64,000 bases of DNA from assembly GCA_963845085.1 (NCBI GenBank), contig CAWJQI010000004.1, forward strand, positions 608,001 to 672,000, read 5' to 3'. The translations under genes were made by a program, and so were the position numbers. The DNA is from Candidatus Fermentibacterota bacterium (GTDB lineage Bacteria; Fermentibacterota; Fermentibacteria; Fermentibacterales; JCC-6). Below the pieces are notes generated by a model. That model worked only from the letters and a program-made list of their open reading frames with translations, was not told the origin of the DNA and did no database searches. Shown piece by piece: positions 9,492-19,089 of the stretch (position 1 is its first letter; each line of letters opens with the position of its first letter).

Positions 9492-11483
9492 TTGAAAAGG
9501 GTTCTATTTGTACTGCTTCTACTGATTCCTGCGATGGCCCTGGCCGTGCCCGGAACGTGGGGTGTACGGGGCATCAACAGGATCAACAGCGCCATACCAA
9601 TGGGTTTCAACCAGATATGCTTCAATTTCATGGCAAGCTACATGACGGCTGAAAACACCTACACGAACTTCCTCTACCACCACCATGACAACGGCCAGGA
9701 CCTTCTCTTCCCGGAACTGACAGATACCGAACACCTGTTCCGCGGGCTTTTCACAATAGGCTATGGTGCGTGGGACTACATCGATGTGGGTTTCCGTCTC
9801 ACCTATTTTTCGAACATGTACCAGCGCGGGCTGTATGAAGAGCGCTCAACCGGTCAGTGGGAAGAGGTCAACGCTCTGGGCGATTACGGCGCGATGATCA
9901 AGGGCGGTTACAACCCCCTTCAGGGTGAGCTGTCCGATGTCCTTTGGGCCGGCGGCTCGGTCTGGGCGGAAATGTCCCCCTCCGACAGCAACTTCCTTGA
10001 ATGCAGCGACGACCAGGACGGCAACTGGTTCACCGGCCAGATGATGAGCCGGACCCGCTACCCCTATGCCTCCAACGGCAGTTCTTTCGGCGCCGACCTG
10101 ATCGCCACCGGCGACTTCGGCTACTGGGTGCCCATGGTGCCGATCCGCGCACACCTCAACGTCGGTTACGCCAGCTACAGCCAGAAGTTCGACTTCTGGG
10201 ACTTCAGGGTGGAAGAGACCGAAGAAGGCTTCACGTTCTCCGATTCCACGCTTCTGAATCTTTCCGTGAAGGACAATGTGCTTTCGTACGGCTTGGGCAT
10301 CGAGATCCCCACGCCAAGCGCCGATGTCCTTTTTGAGTACAAGGCTTATTCCTTCCTTGACCGCACCGGGGAATCACTTTCCTACCTCTCTCCCGGAATT
10401 CGTTTCAAGACCTCTTCCGGCATGTTCCTCGACATCACGTACGACATGATCGGCGGAAGCTTCGACCCCCTCTATCACGACCTCGGCCACGGCCTTTACC
10501 AGGATACCACTGCGGCCGTCACCGAAGCCGACAGGGCTTCCAGATCTCCGCTTCCGATCCCCGGAGCATACGACTGGGGTCTCAGCCTGAACCTTGGCTT
10601 CTCCGGTGATCTTGTTCAGACTGTCGACCAGGGTCCCAGGCTCGGAACCTTGAACGGAACGGTCACGGATTCACTCACGGGCCTTCCGGTCTTCGCCACG
10701 ATCACATTCCCGGGTGTTCCGGTGTCGAATGTCACAAGCGACGGCCAGACAGGGTTCTTCGTTGTTCACGTACCCGCGGGCGATCTGCCAGTCACCGTTG
10801 TGGCGCCGGGTTACCGTCATGCATCCGCACAGATCTCAATGCAGCGGAACACAACTCAGAGCCTCGACTTCCGTTTGTCGCCGAACCTCGGAACAGTCTC
10901 GGGCGCAGTGCGTGACGGCCAGGGACGGGCTGTCCCCGGTGCCTCCGTGACCGTAGGCAGCACCAGCCCCGTAACGGTAACCACCAACGCCGCAGGTGTC
11001 TATTCGGCCAACGTCGAGGCCGGAACCTGGCCGATCACCGTCCAGGTGACAGGGTTCCTCGGCGACAACCAGAACGTGACCCTTTCACCGAACGCCACCA
11101 CCACGGTGAACTTCACCCTCCGCAATGCACTGCAGGAGGGACAGGTCATGAGTTTCGACAACATCTACTTCGATTCCGGCAGCGCCAACATCAAGCCTGA
11201 AAGTTATCCGGTGCTCGACAGCGTGGCCATACTGCTTCGCGACAACCCCACCGCAAGGATTCAGATCGCCGGCCACACCGACAGCGACGGAAGCACCAGC
11301 TCGAATCAGACTCTCAGCGAGAGAAGGGCGCAGTCCGTCCATCAGTACCTTGTCAGCAAGGGCATTTCGGGAACCAGCATGACCACAGTCGGTTACGGCG
11401 AGGATCGGCCGCTTGTCGCAAACGACACTGCGGCGAACAAGGCGCGCAACCGGCGCATCGAATTCACAGTTCTCAGCATTTAG
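9492..11483 (+). CDS. OmpA-family protein: N-terminal barrel-like region, two carboxypeptidase-regulatory-like domains, OmpA C-terminal peptidoglycan-binding domain
   Basis: Signal peptide; GTLNGTVTD and GTVSGAVRD repeats; IYFDSGS, IAGHTDSDG, NQTLSERRA, NRRIEF. Confidence 0.88.
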   Translation: MKRVLFVLLLLIPAMALAVPGTWGVRGINRINSAIPMGFNQICFNFMASYMTAENTYTNFLYHHHDNGQDLLFPELTDTEHLFRGLFTIGYGAWDYIDVGFRLTYFSNMYQRGLYEERSTGQWEEVNALGDYGAMIKGGYNPLQGELSDVLWAGGSVWAEMSPSDSNFLECSDDQDGNWFTGQMMSRTRYPYASNGSSFGADLIATGDFGYWVPMVPIRAHLNVGYASYSQKFDFWDFRVEETEEGFTFSDSTLLNLSVKDNVLSYGLGIEIPTPSADVLFEYKAYSFLDRTGESLSYLSPGIRFKTSSGMFLDITYDMIGGSFDPLYHDLGHGLYQDTTAAVTEADRASRSPLPIPGAYDWGLSLNLGFSGDLVQTVDQGPRLGTLNGTVTDSLTGLPVFATITFPGVPVSNVTSDGQTGFFVVHVPAGDLPVTVVAPGYRHASAQISMQRNTTQSLDFRLSPNLGTVSGAVRDGQGRAVPGASVTVGSTSPVTVTTNAAGVYSANVEAGTWPITVQVTGFLGDNQNVTLSPNATTTVNFTLRNALQEGQVMSFDNIYFDSGSANIKPESYPVLDSVAILLRDNPTARIQIAGHTDSDGSTSSNQTLSERRAQSVHQYLVSKGISGTSMTTVGYGEDRPLVANDTAANKARNRRIEFTVLSI

Positions 11484-11522
11484 GGGACATGCCGGACCGT
11501 ATCTGAAATCCCCGCAGAAAGT

Positions 11523-11551
11523 GAAGAGCCAACCCGATGGGTTGGCTCTTC
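11523..11551. terminator. Hairpin between convergent genes
   Basis: GAAGAGCCAACCC-gat-GGGTTGGCTCTTC, 13-bp stem. Confidence 0.75.
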
Positions 11552-11582
11552 CGCTGCATTCGCGGTGTTTCGTCGGCTCTGT

Positions 11583-12038
11583 TCAGTCAGTTCCAAGCCC
11601 GGCAAGAACGCCGAGGAACTCTTCGGGGGAGCCGGTGATTCCGACGACCCTGTCAAGCTCGTTGCCCTGGGGATCGGTCAGGATCAGTGTGGGAATGCTG
11701 CTGACTCCATACCGATCGGCAAGATCGGGCATGCTGTCGACGTTCACCTTGAGGGGAACCACCCCCGAAAGGAATTCCTGGTAGTCGGCCCTCGGGAAGT
11801 ACTCATCCGAGAGGGTGCGGCACGGAGGACACCAGTCGGCATAGAAGTCTATGAACACCAGCTTGTCTTCGGAAAGCGCCCGGGCTGCCGCGGCATCGAA
11901 GTCATCGTGGATCCAGCTGACCGGGGTGACCTCGACCCCATCCGCCCGTTCTGTCGGAGTCAGAGCGGCGGCTTCATCCTGGCGTCCGCAGGCGGCAAAA
12001 AAGGCCGCAAGGCACAAAAGTATGGCGGGGTTCCTCAT
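11583..12038 (-). CDS. Thioredoxin-family lipoprotein
   Basis: Lipobox FFAA-C; FYADWCPPC; YGVSSIPT. Confidence 0.88.
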   Translation of the reverse strand: MRNPAILLCLAAFFAACGRQDEAAALTPTERADGVEVTPVSWIHDDFDAAAARALSEDKLVFIDFYADWCPPCRTLSDEYFPRADYQEFLSGVVPLKVNVDSMPDLADRYGVSSIPTLILTDPQGNELDRVVGITGSPEEFLGVLAGLGTD

Positions 12039-12106
12039 CAGCGTCTCCTTTCGTTAGGTTCATGAAACATACCCGTGTCATGATCAATGGTGCCATAAGG
12101 AGGAAC

Positions 12107-12532
12107 ATGCGACCAAGGACACCCGAAGTCACAGTCGATGCGATCATTGAATCAGGCGGCGGAGAGATCGTCCTCGTGGAGAGACGGTTCCCGCCCGAAG
12201 GCTGGGCTCTTCCAGGAGGCTTCGTCGATCCCGGAGAAAGCCTTTACCAGGCCGTGGTGCGGGAGGTGCTTGAGGAAACGGGCCTCGCGATAGAGGTGCT
12301 CTCCCTGTTCCATGTCTATTCAAGGCCGTGGCGGGATCCCAGGGGCGACACTGTAAGCGCGGTCTATCACTGCAGGACCGATGGCACACCCGTGGGAGGG
12401 GATGACGCGGCCAGCGCTCGGTTCTTCCCTCCCGACAGGCTGCCGCTGCGCATTGCGTTCGACCACCGGAAGATCATCGCGGACTTCCTCAGATGGAAAG
12501 AGCTGGGCACGCATCCCTCCCTGGAGGACTGA
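12107..12532 (+). CDS. NUDIX hydrolase
   Basis: WALPGGFVDPGE....AVVREVLEETGL Nudix box; RDPR; AFDH; AGGAGG SD before 12107. Confidence 0.9.
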   Translation: MRPRTPEVTVDAIIESGGGEIVLVERRFPPEGWALPGGFVDPGESLYQAVVREVLEETGLAIEVLSLFHVYSRPWRDPRGDTVSAVYHCRTDGTPVGGDDAASARFFPPDRLPLRIAFDHRKIIADFLRWKELGTHPSLED

Positions 12533-12535
12533 CGG

Positions 12536-14761
12536 CTAACGGAGGACCATGCACTTCCTCGTTTCGACGCCCCCCGGAGCGGCAAGCACCTGGAAATAGA
12601 CGCCTGCAGCCATTTCGGATGTATCCCAGACAACCGTATGCTGACCTGCAGAAAGTTCGCCCTGCTGCAGCCGCTCAACAACCCTTCCCGCAAGATCGAG
12701 CACAGCGAGCTCAACGATTCCGGCCGTCGGAACGGAAAAACCGATGTCGACCACCCCGGACACGGGATTTGACAGGCCCGGAAGAAACACCGGGGCATCG
12801 GGAACCCCTTCGGTTTCCATACCGGTCGTGTTCCAGATGACATGGGTCTGCGCCGGAGCGGAGAACCCGAATTCCGTGCTCACAGCCTCGACAAGGATCG
12901 TCGTGGTATCCCGGCCTGCCGGCCTCGTCACCAGGGGCACGAAGCAGGCATTGCCGGGCGTCGCCCAGAGAAAGGTCCTGCTGTCATCGTCATTCAACCC
13001 GTAGACATTGTAGCTGTATATGGAACCCGGGCTTGCGTTCCATCTCAGCCTGACCGTTCCGGAAAGGTCATCGATCTGGTTGAACTGCTCGACAAGAAGG
13101 CCGCCCGGAGCCGACGGCACGTCCTGTGCACCGCGCACCACCCCGAGCCTCCCGATGCGAACCTCGTAATCATTGATGACCGTGGGGCTGTCGAAGCGGA
13201 GCGCGATTATGGAAAGGGTGTCTCCCGCGAGGGACGAAAGCGGGAACTGCCACGAGTTCCAACCCTCCCCGGTCCCGTCCGGCACTGAAAAGTACTCGAA
13301 CTCCATCGGATCCTGCGATGTGGAAAGGGCAACTTCGATCCCGGAGGGAAGCCCCGAGGTGCCGCGGTTCCACACGATGACAAAGCTGTCATCTCCCTGA
13401 ACCGGCGCATCGGTCTTGTACAGGTAGAGCATTGTGGTGTTCGAGGGCGACAGCTCGCCGCTCACCTTCAGGCAGCTTCCGCCATAGTACGGCACGTCCC
13501 AGTCAAGCTCGGGGTAGAGGGGCTCACCGTTGCTGCGGGCCATGTACCTCCAGGTGGGGAGCACATCCATCTGGCTGCGGTTGTGCCACTGGTTTTCGGA
13601 AAGAACAAGCCCCTCGACGGCGCAGCGGTACCCCTGCCCGGTGTTGAAATTCGTCATGAAGGGCAGGGCGGTCACGGGGGTCATGGCTGGTATGTAGTGC
13701 GCCATGCCCTTCCAGGGATGTGTTGTCACGGTGTTGCCGGGGTCACGGTTGGCCCCCACCCAGAACCGGTTGTCGCGTGTGTAGAAGTCGGCATGACTCG
13801 AGGAGTTCGTATAGGTCCAGTTGGGGCAGTAGAACCCAAGGCTCACCCTGTGGTCGGCCCCTTCAGGAAACGGGCCCTCCCAGTTGACACCGGTGTTGTA
13901 ACCGTTCGCCTGCACATCAACGCCGGCATAAAGCTCGTATGGACTCCTTCCGAGCGAGGTTGCAAGGCCCGCCGAGTTGGTGAGCCCGGCGGGGGTCCAC
14001 CAGAAGTTCAGGAACATCTCATCGCTCACAACCTGCCCCTCGTGCTGGAAGAACCAGTCGTTGCTTGCGTTCAGGGCGTTCTGCCAGGAGATGGCGCCTG
14101 ATTCGGTCATGGCGTCGTACCACTGAATGCCGAGGTCGGAGTTCTGCTGGATGTACAGCATCATGTCCCTCATATCCATGGCCAGCTGGACGTTTCCCCC
14201 CCCTGTTTCCTGATTGATGAACCACCCGTCGAAACCGTAATACTCGGCAGCCTCGATGAGCTTGTCAGCCACGGGAAACCCGTCGCCATCCTTCTGCACG
14301 AAGTCCCATACCCACTGGATCTGGCCTCCGTACTGTGCAGGCGGGAAGAAAACAGTTCCGTAGACGGGCACTCCGTTTCTGTGCGCGGCGTCTGTGACTT
14401 CGGGGCTCGGGGCAAGAATAAGCCCCTCGCCGGCGCTTCCGCCCCAGAAGGTAAGGTTCTCGATGTACTGCCAGTATCCGAACGCATAGGTGTCGATTCC
14501 CAACCCGCCCTGGGAAGGATTGAAACTCGTTGAAGGGTACATGATGCCGATGGATGTGATGCCGGCCTGACCCGGAATGGCATGGGCGTTGCACTGAGTG
14601 TCGCCCGCACTTCTGGTGGCAAGGGGGATCATGCTTCTGTTGTAGGGGGCATCAGGATCGGTAAATGGGCTCCAGGTGAGCAGATCGGCCGGAAACCAGT
14701 ACGAGGCGCAGGGCTGGCCCGGAAGTGTTTGAGCAACAAGGAGCGCTGCCAGAATGATCAA
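12536..14761 (-). CDS. GH85 endo-beta-N-acetylglucosaminidase with T9SS-type C-terminal domain
   Basis: DAAHRNGVPVYGT, YYGFDGWFINQE (catalytic N-x-E), WYDAM, MFLNFWW; CTD LDLAGRVV...GVYF...RKCMVLR. Confidence 0.88.
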   Translation of the reverse strand: MIILAALLVAQTLPGQPCASYWFPADLLTWSPFTDPDAPYNRSMIPLATRSAGDTQCNAHAIPGQAGITSIGIMYPSTSFNPSQGGLGIDTYAFGYWQYIENLTFWGGSAGEGLILAPSPEVTDAAHRNGVPVYGTVFFPPAQYGGQIQWVWDFVQKDGDGFPVADKLIEAAEYYGFDGWFINQETGGGNVQLAMDMRDMMLYIQQNSDLGIQWYDAMTESGAISWQNALNASNDWFFQHEGQVVSDEMFLNFWWTPAGLTNSAGLATSLGRSPYELYAGVDVQANGYNTGVNWEGPFPEGADHRVSLGFYCPNWTYTNSSSHADFYTRDNRFWVGANRDPGNTVTTHPWKGMAHYIPAMTPVTALPFMTNFNTGQGYRCAVEGLVLSENQWHNRSQMDVLPTWRYMARSNGEPLYPELDWDVPYYGGSCLKVSGELSPSNTTMLYLYKTDAPVQGDDSFVIVWNRGTSGLPSGIEVALSTSQDPMEFEYFSVPDGTGEGWNSWQFPLSSLAGDTLSIIALRFDSPTVINDYEVRIGRLGVVRGAQDVPSAPGGLLVEQFNQIDDLSGTVRLRWNASPGSIYSYNVYGLNDDDSRTFLWATPGNACFVPLVTRPAGRDTTTILVEAVSTEFGFSAPAQTHVIWNTTGMETEGVPDAPVFLPGLSNPVSGVVDIGFSVPTAGIVELAVLDLAGRVVERLQQGELSAGQHTVVWDTSEMAAGVYFQVLAAPGGVETRKCMVLR

Positions 14762-14780
14762 TGCATTCTCCCTTCATGCG

Positions 14781-15236
14781 TCACCGGTGGTTCCTGAAAA
14801 ACTCCTTCAGAAGCCTTGAGGATTCGTCGGCCAGCACCCCGCCCACGACCCTCGGATAATGGTTGAGGTTCGGCATCGCCTGCAGGTCCGTGACGGACCC
14901 GAAGGCACCGAAACGCTTGTCCCAGGCGCCGTAGACAACAAGGGATATCCTCGAAAGCAGAATGAGCCCCGCACACATGACGCATGGTTCCAGTGTGGCG
15001 AACAGCGATGCCCCGGAAAGCCTCCAGTCACCAGTTGCCCTGCATGCCTCATCAATCGCGAGCTGCTCGGCATGAGCCCAGGGCCTTCCCGTTTCCCGCG
15101 TGCGGTTGGACTGCGCGAAGACCCTGCCGCAGGATGTCACGAGCACTGCGCCCACCGGGACCTCGCCCCTGTCGAAGGCCTTTCGGGCTTCCTCAAGGGC
15201 CAGCCCCATGTACGGGAGGTGATTAGGGTCGGTCAC
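14781..15236 (-). CDS. tadA: tRNA adenosine deaminase-like nucleoside deaminase
   Basis: GEVPVGAV, AHAE, TLEPCVMCAG, LKEFF. Confidence 0.85.
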   Translation of the reverse strand: MTDPNHLPYMGLALEEARKAFDRGEVPVGAVLVTSCGRVFAQSNRTRETGRPWAHAEQLAIDEACRATGDWRLSGASLFATLEPCVMCAGLILLSRISLVVYGAWDKRFGAFGSVTDLQAMPNLNHYPRVVGGVLADESSRLLKEFFRNHR

Positions 15237-16483
15237 TTCGCCATCAGGCTCTCAATCTCATCAGGAGTTTTGGGGATGCCCGCGGAGAGAACCGTGTTCC
15301 CGTTCTCTCCAACAAGAACGTCGTCCTCGATGCGGATGCCGATCCCCTCCTCCTGGGAGTAGAAACCCGGTTCAACGGTGAACACCATTCCAGGTGCTAT
15401 TGCTATCTGCGGCACGCTTTCATCGTGGGTGTCCAGCCCGATGTGGTGACCGGCGCCATGGTAGTAGTATTTCTCGAATTCCCCGGGGGTCCGGATGATG
15501 CCCCGGGCAAGCATCAGTTCGCGGTAGAAGCAGTTCACCTCTTCGTTCCATTCCCGGTGGAGCTTGCCGGGACGCAGCAGCTCTATCGCCCTGCTCTGGA
15601 CGTCGAGAACCATCTGCATCAGCTCCCTTTGCCTCGGGCTGTACTTCCCGTTCACCGGAACAGTTCTTGTGATGTCCGCGCAGTAAAGGTTCTTCATGGC
15701 GCCGTGATCGACGAGGAGCAGTTCTCCGTCGGCAAGCACGGCGTTGTTCTCAACGTAGTGGAGGCAGGTCGCGCGTGAACCTCCGGCGCAGATCGCCGGA
15801 AACGCAGGGGTCTTCTCACCCTCGAGGGCCCACCTGTAAAGAAGCTCTGCTTCAAAGGCGTACTCGGTCATCCCGGGTGCGAGCTTCCGCACGGCCTGCT
15901 CGAAGCCAAGGCGTGTGAGCTCCACTGCCGCACTGATCTGCTCAACCTCTGCCGCATCCTTGATCATGCGCAGCTCGAAAATCCTGTCGGCCGCGCTGTG
16001 TACTGAAACCTCGGGAAATGACTGCCTGAACCTGTTCACAAGGGAGAGCCCCCTTCCGGGAAGCTCGACCAGACCGGTCCTGTGCCAGTCGAAGTGGAAA
16101 TCCCTCAAGCCTTCCTTGCATACCAGCCTTGAGATGAATTTCTCCTGCCCTCCGGTGAGGCGAATCTCCTCGACGCCGCTGGTTTCCGAAGCCTGTTCCT
16201 TCGTGAGGACAGTGCCGTACCACTTTGCATGCTCTTCATCATATGGGGAGATGAAGAGGCACTCTTTGACTTCGTCCCTTCCTGAGAGACGCCACATGAA
16301 GAGCCAGGAATCTTCCTGCACGATCCCGGTGAGGTAGTAGAGGTTCCTCGACGGCACAAGCGCGTGGACCGCATCGGCGCTTGACGGCTGTGACGACGAT
16401 GATGGCACAACGACGCAGAACTCTCCCTGAAGGAGTGCCGCGAGCCTGGCCCGCCTTTCCCTGTACAACGCAGCGCTGCTCAA
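15233..16483 (-). CDS. pepP: Xaa-Pro aminopeptidase (M24B)
   Basis: NLYYLTG, CLHY, YCADITRT, HHIGLDTHD, TVEPGFY, GIRIEDD. Confidence 0.9.
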   Translation of the reverse strand: MSSAALYRERRARLAALLQGEFCVVVPSSSSQPSSADAVHALVPSRNLYYLTGIVQEDSWLFMWRLSGRDEVKECLFISPYDEEHAKWYGTVLTKEQASETSGVEEIRLTGGQEKFISRLVCKEGLRDFHFDWHRTGLVELPGRGLSLVNRFRQSFPEVSVHSAADRIFELRMIKDAAEVEQISAAVELTRLGFEQAVRKLAPGMTEYAFEAELLYRWALEGEKTPAFPAICAGGSRATCLHYVENNAVLADGELLLVDHGAMKNLYCADITRTVPVNGKYSPRQRELMQMVLDVQSRAIELLRPGKLHREWNEEVNCFYRELMLARGIIRTPGEFEKYYYHGAGHHIGLDTHDESVPQIAIAPGMVFTVEPGFYSQEEGIGIRIEDDVLVGENGNTVLSAGIPKTPDEIESLMAK

Positions 16484-17061
16484 AGTATCTCCTTAACTGT
16501 CAGCTCCTCACGAGTCAATTTCGGAACATGGTGGTCACCCATGGAATCACGGAAGTACGTAAGCGAACCGGAGTGTTTTTCGAGAACGACGACTTCGGCG
16601 GGATAGCCCAGTGCCAGTACCAGTTCCGGCATAAGGCCATCCCCGCAGGCGACTGAAGCAACATCCTCGCGGCAGAAGGAGAGAAGCATGCAGCACCCGA
16701 TGCCCCTGTCCCTTGCAGCAAGAGTGATGTACGCGGCAGCTATCCCGACGTCGATCCCCGTGAACGCACGCTGATCTGCCGAGGGGGAGGAGATGACGAT
16801 GTAGGCCGAAGGACGCTCTCCCTCTGCAGGACCGTTCCAGTCGGAGAGATGGGCTGCCCAGCGGAGCCCGCGGAAGATTCTCTGCCTTTCCTGCCGGCCC
16901 GCAATGATGGAATACCTTAGCCGCTGGAGGTTCCCGGCGCAGGGGGCCAGCGCGGCGGCCTCGATGATGCCGTGAAGGTCGTCAACTGAAAGCGCGCGGC
17001 CCTCATCAAAACGTCGGATCGAGCGGGCCGTTGCGGCGAGATCAGGAAAACCCACTTTCAA
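16480..17061 (-). CDS. Nitroreductase family protein
   Basis: RSIRRF, APCAGNLQ, DVGIAA, LALGYP, HHVPK; GGAGG SD before TTG at 17061. Confidence 0.85.
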   Translation of the reverse strand: MKVGFPDLAATARSIRRFDEGRALSVDDLHGIIEAAALAPCAGNLQRLRYSIIAGRQERQRIFRGLRWAAHLSDWNGPAEGERPSAYIVISSPSADQRAFTGIDVGIAAAYITLAARDRGIGCCMLLSFCREDVASVACGDGLMPELVLALGYPAEVVVLEKHSGSLTYFRDSMGDHHVPKLTREELTVKEIL

Positions 17062-17100
17062 AGCCTCCGTCCCGGTTGGCACAAACATACACAACGAAGA

Positions 17101-17128
17101 GGGGGCGCGGCCTGTTGACCGCGCCCCC
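17101..17128 (-). terminator. Hairpin downstream of hsp20
   Basis: GGGGGCGCGG-N8-CCGCGCCCCC followed by a T-rich run on the minus strand. Confidence 0.7.
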
Positions 17129-17151
17129 GACAGCTGTGCAGTGAGCTTTTC

Positions 17152-17592
17152 TCAGCCCTTGATGGCGATCTTCCGGTGGAGGGCCTTCTCCTCCTTGGGG
17201 ATTGTGATGGTGAGCACGCCGTCTGCAAAGTCTGCTTCGGCCTTGTCGTGCTTCACATCGGGGGGGAGGCTGAAACTGCGCACGAACGAGCCGTAGCGCA
17301 TCTCCCTGCGGTGCCAGGTGTCACCGGACTTTTCCTCCTCGACTTTCTTCTCCCCGCGGATCGTGAGTATCCCGTTGGCGACCTCTATCTCGATGTTTTC
17401 CCTCGGAATTCCGGGAAGTTCCACCTTCACGGTTATCGAGTCGCCCTTTTCGCAGATGTCAACGGGCGGCGCCCACTGGTATTCCTGCGTGCTGTCAAGC
17501 TCGGGCCACAGGCCTTCGAACACCCTGTTCATGTTTCGTACCATGTCGTAGGGAGTGAGGCCCGTTTCACGGTTCTGCCTTACAAGTCTCAT
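17152..17592 (-). CDS. Hsp20/alpha-crystallin small heat shock protein
   Basis: WAPPVDI, ELPG, YGSFVRSFSLP, DGVLTITIPK. Confidence 0.92.
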   Translation of the reverse strand: MRLVRQNRETGLTPYDMVRNMNRVFEGLWPELDSTQEYQWAPPVDICEKGDSITVKVELPGIPRENIEIEVANGILTIRGEKKVEEEKSGDTWHRREMRYGSFVRSFSLPPDVKHDKAEADFADGVLTITIPKEEKALHRKIAIKG

Positions 17593-17646
17593 GATCTTTC
17601 TCCTTTCCGCTTTTCCCCTTTTCAGGGTATTCCGCACTCAGTCAAA

Positions 17647-17662
17647 TGCAAGAACGATGCCA
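17647..17662 (-). promoter_or_regulatory. Putative sigma-54 (-24/-12) promoter of hsp20
   Basis: Minus strand TGGCAT-CGTTC-TTGCA versus consensus TGGCAC-N5-TTGCA, 55 nt upstream of ATG. Confidence 0.7.
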
Positions 17663-17742
17663 GTTCGGACGGAATGGAGGTTATTTTGTATCGTGTCAAT
17701 GTTTTACGCATGCAGTGAGAAAGCCGGCACGGGGGCAGGGAA

Positions 17743-17773
17743 AGCCCGGTGCGTCACTTCGACACACCGGGCT
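17743..17773 (-). terminator. Hairpin downstream of tldE/pmbA
   Basis: AGCCCGGTGTGTC-gaagt-GACGCACCGGGCT then TT. Confidence 0.7.
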
Positions 17774-17778
17774 GGCAA

Positions 17779-19089
17779 TTACCTCCCCGAGATGCTCACG
17801 CCTTCAAGAAGCACGGCAGGGTCACGTCTTGTGGAAAGGGGGTTGAACGGGCTGTCCTGAACTGCAACCACCCTGTTCAGGACATCGTAGACGTTGCCGG
17901 CCATCATGCCGTCCATGACCCTTCCGACTATCCTTCCCTTTTCGACGAGAAGACCCGGATTGAACCCGACCGTGAAATCACCGTTGATGATGTTCCCGGA
18001 GTGCGCTCCGAGGAGGCCGAAGGCGATCACCCCTCTGTCCATCATGCCGAGCATCTCATCAAACGAAGCATCCCCGGTCTGGAAAGCTCCGTTGCGGAGA
18101 TATGGATCAGGGGAGAGGGCGACAGTCTCCCCTCCCCACATGCCTGCCCGGAAGCCTGTTCCGGTTGGCTCGATACCCAGCTTGTCCGCATAGAAAAGGT
18201 TGGTGAAGGGTCCGGTGAAGACCCCGCGGTCAAACAGGGGCAAACGCTTCACGGGGACGCCCTCGTCGTCGAAGGCTCTTCGGGCGACAGGCGGGTCGAG
18301 GTCGGGATCAACGGCAAGAGTCAGTTTGTCGGAAAGAACCTTTTCGCCTGTTCTATCTTTGAGGGGTGTGGCGCCTGCATGGAATGCCTTTGCGCTTGCT
18401 GCGGCGGTCAGCCTCCACAGGATCCCGTAAAGGCTTCCGGGCACCAGCATGACCTGCATCCTGCCCTCCCCGGCCCTCACTTCCGGCAGGGAGTCGGTGT
18501 ACATGCGACACAGGTTTCCGATCGCGGACTGGTCGACCGGAGTCGAAGAAACCCCAGCAAAGCCAATGGAAAGGCCAGTTTCCGTGCCGGGATACCGTGC
18601 GGAGAGATAGCCGAAGGCTCCGGTGCTCTTGTGAAGAATGTCGGTCCCGGTGGAGTTGATGATCCGAACAGTCTCAACTCCGCTTCCCGCGCTGCTGTCA
18701 ATGCAGCCGGGCGGCAGGGATTTGGCCTGCTCCTCCATTGCAAGGCATGTTTCAAGCGCTTCGGGGAATCCCGATGCCCCGATCCTTTCGTCGAACGATC
18801 CGGTGTCGGGCTTCATCACGGTTTCTGCGAATTGAAAGCCCGCCTCCGAACCATTTTTTAGGGAAAGAAGTGCGCAGTCGAGCAGAGCATTCCGGTCCAG
18901 CATGTTCTTCGTCCAGGCAGTGCCCATCCTGCCGTCCCTGATGACACGGATCGCATAGCCGGACTGAATGGAGGCCGTCGTGTCGACAACGCGGCCTTCC
19001 CGCCTCGCAAGCTCGACGCTCCGGGTGCGCTGCTCGTAGATCTCGGCACTGCAGCCGGCCTTCATGGCAATCTCAAGAAGTTTCTCCAT
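17779..19089 (-). CDS. tldE: TldE/PmbA family protein
   Basis: RAFDDEGVP, TGTGFR, GDFTVG, MMAGNVYDVL; lacks HExxxH; coupled to tldD. Confidence 0.82.
   Translation of the reverse strand: MEKLLEIAMKAGCSAEIYEQRTRSVELARREGRVVDTTASIQSGYAIRVIRDGRMGTAWTKNMLDRNALLDCALLSLKNGSEAGFQFAETVMKPDTGSFDERIGASGFPEALETCLAMEEQAKSLPPGCIDSSAGSGVETVRIINSTGTDILHKSTGAFGYLSARYPGTETGLSIGFAGVSSTPVDQSAIGNLCRMYTDSLPEVRAGEGRMQVMLVPGSLYGILWRLTAAASAKAFHAGATPLKDRTGEKVLSDKLTLAVDPDLDPPVARRAFDDEGVPVKRLPLFDRGVFTGPFTNLFYADKLGIEPTGTGFRAGMWGGETVALSPDPYLRNGAFQTGDASFDEMLGMMDRGVIAFGLLGAHSGNIINGDFTVGFNPGLLVEKGRIVGRVMDGMMAGNVYDVLNRVVAVQDSPFNPLSTRRDPAVLLEGVSISGR

Noticed and set aside
14758..14985. 75-aa ORF overlapping tadA and the GH85 start
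   Set aside because: Alternate frame of tadA; the GH85 TTG start has its own GGAG SD.
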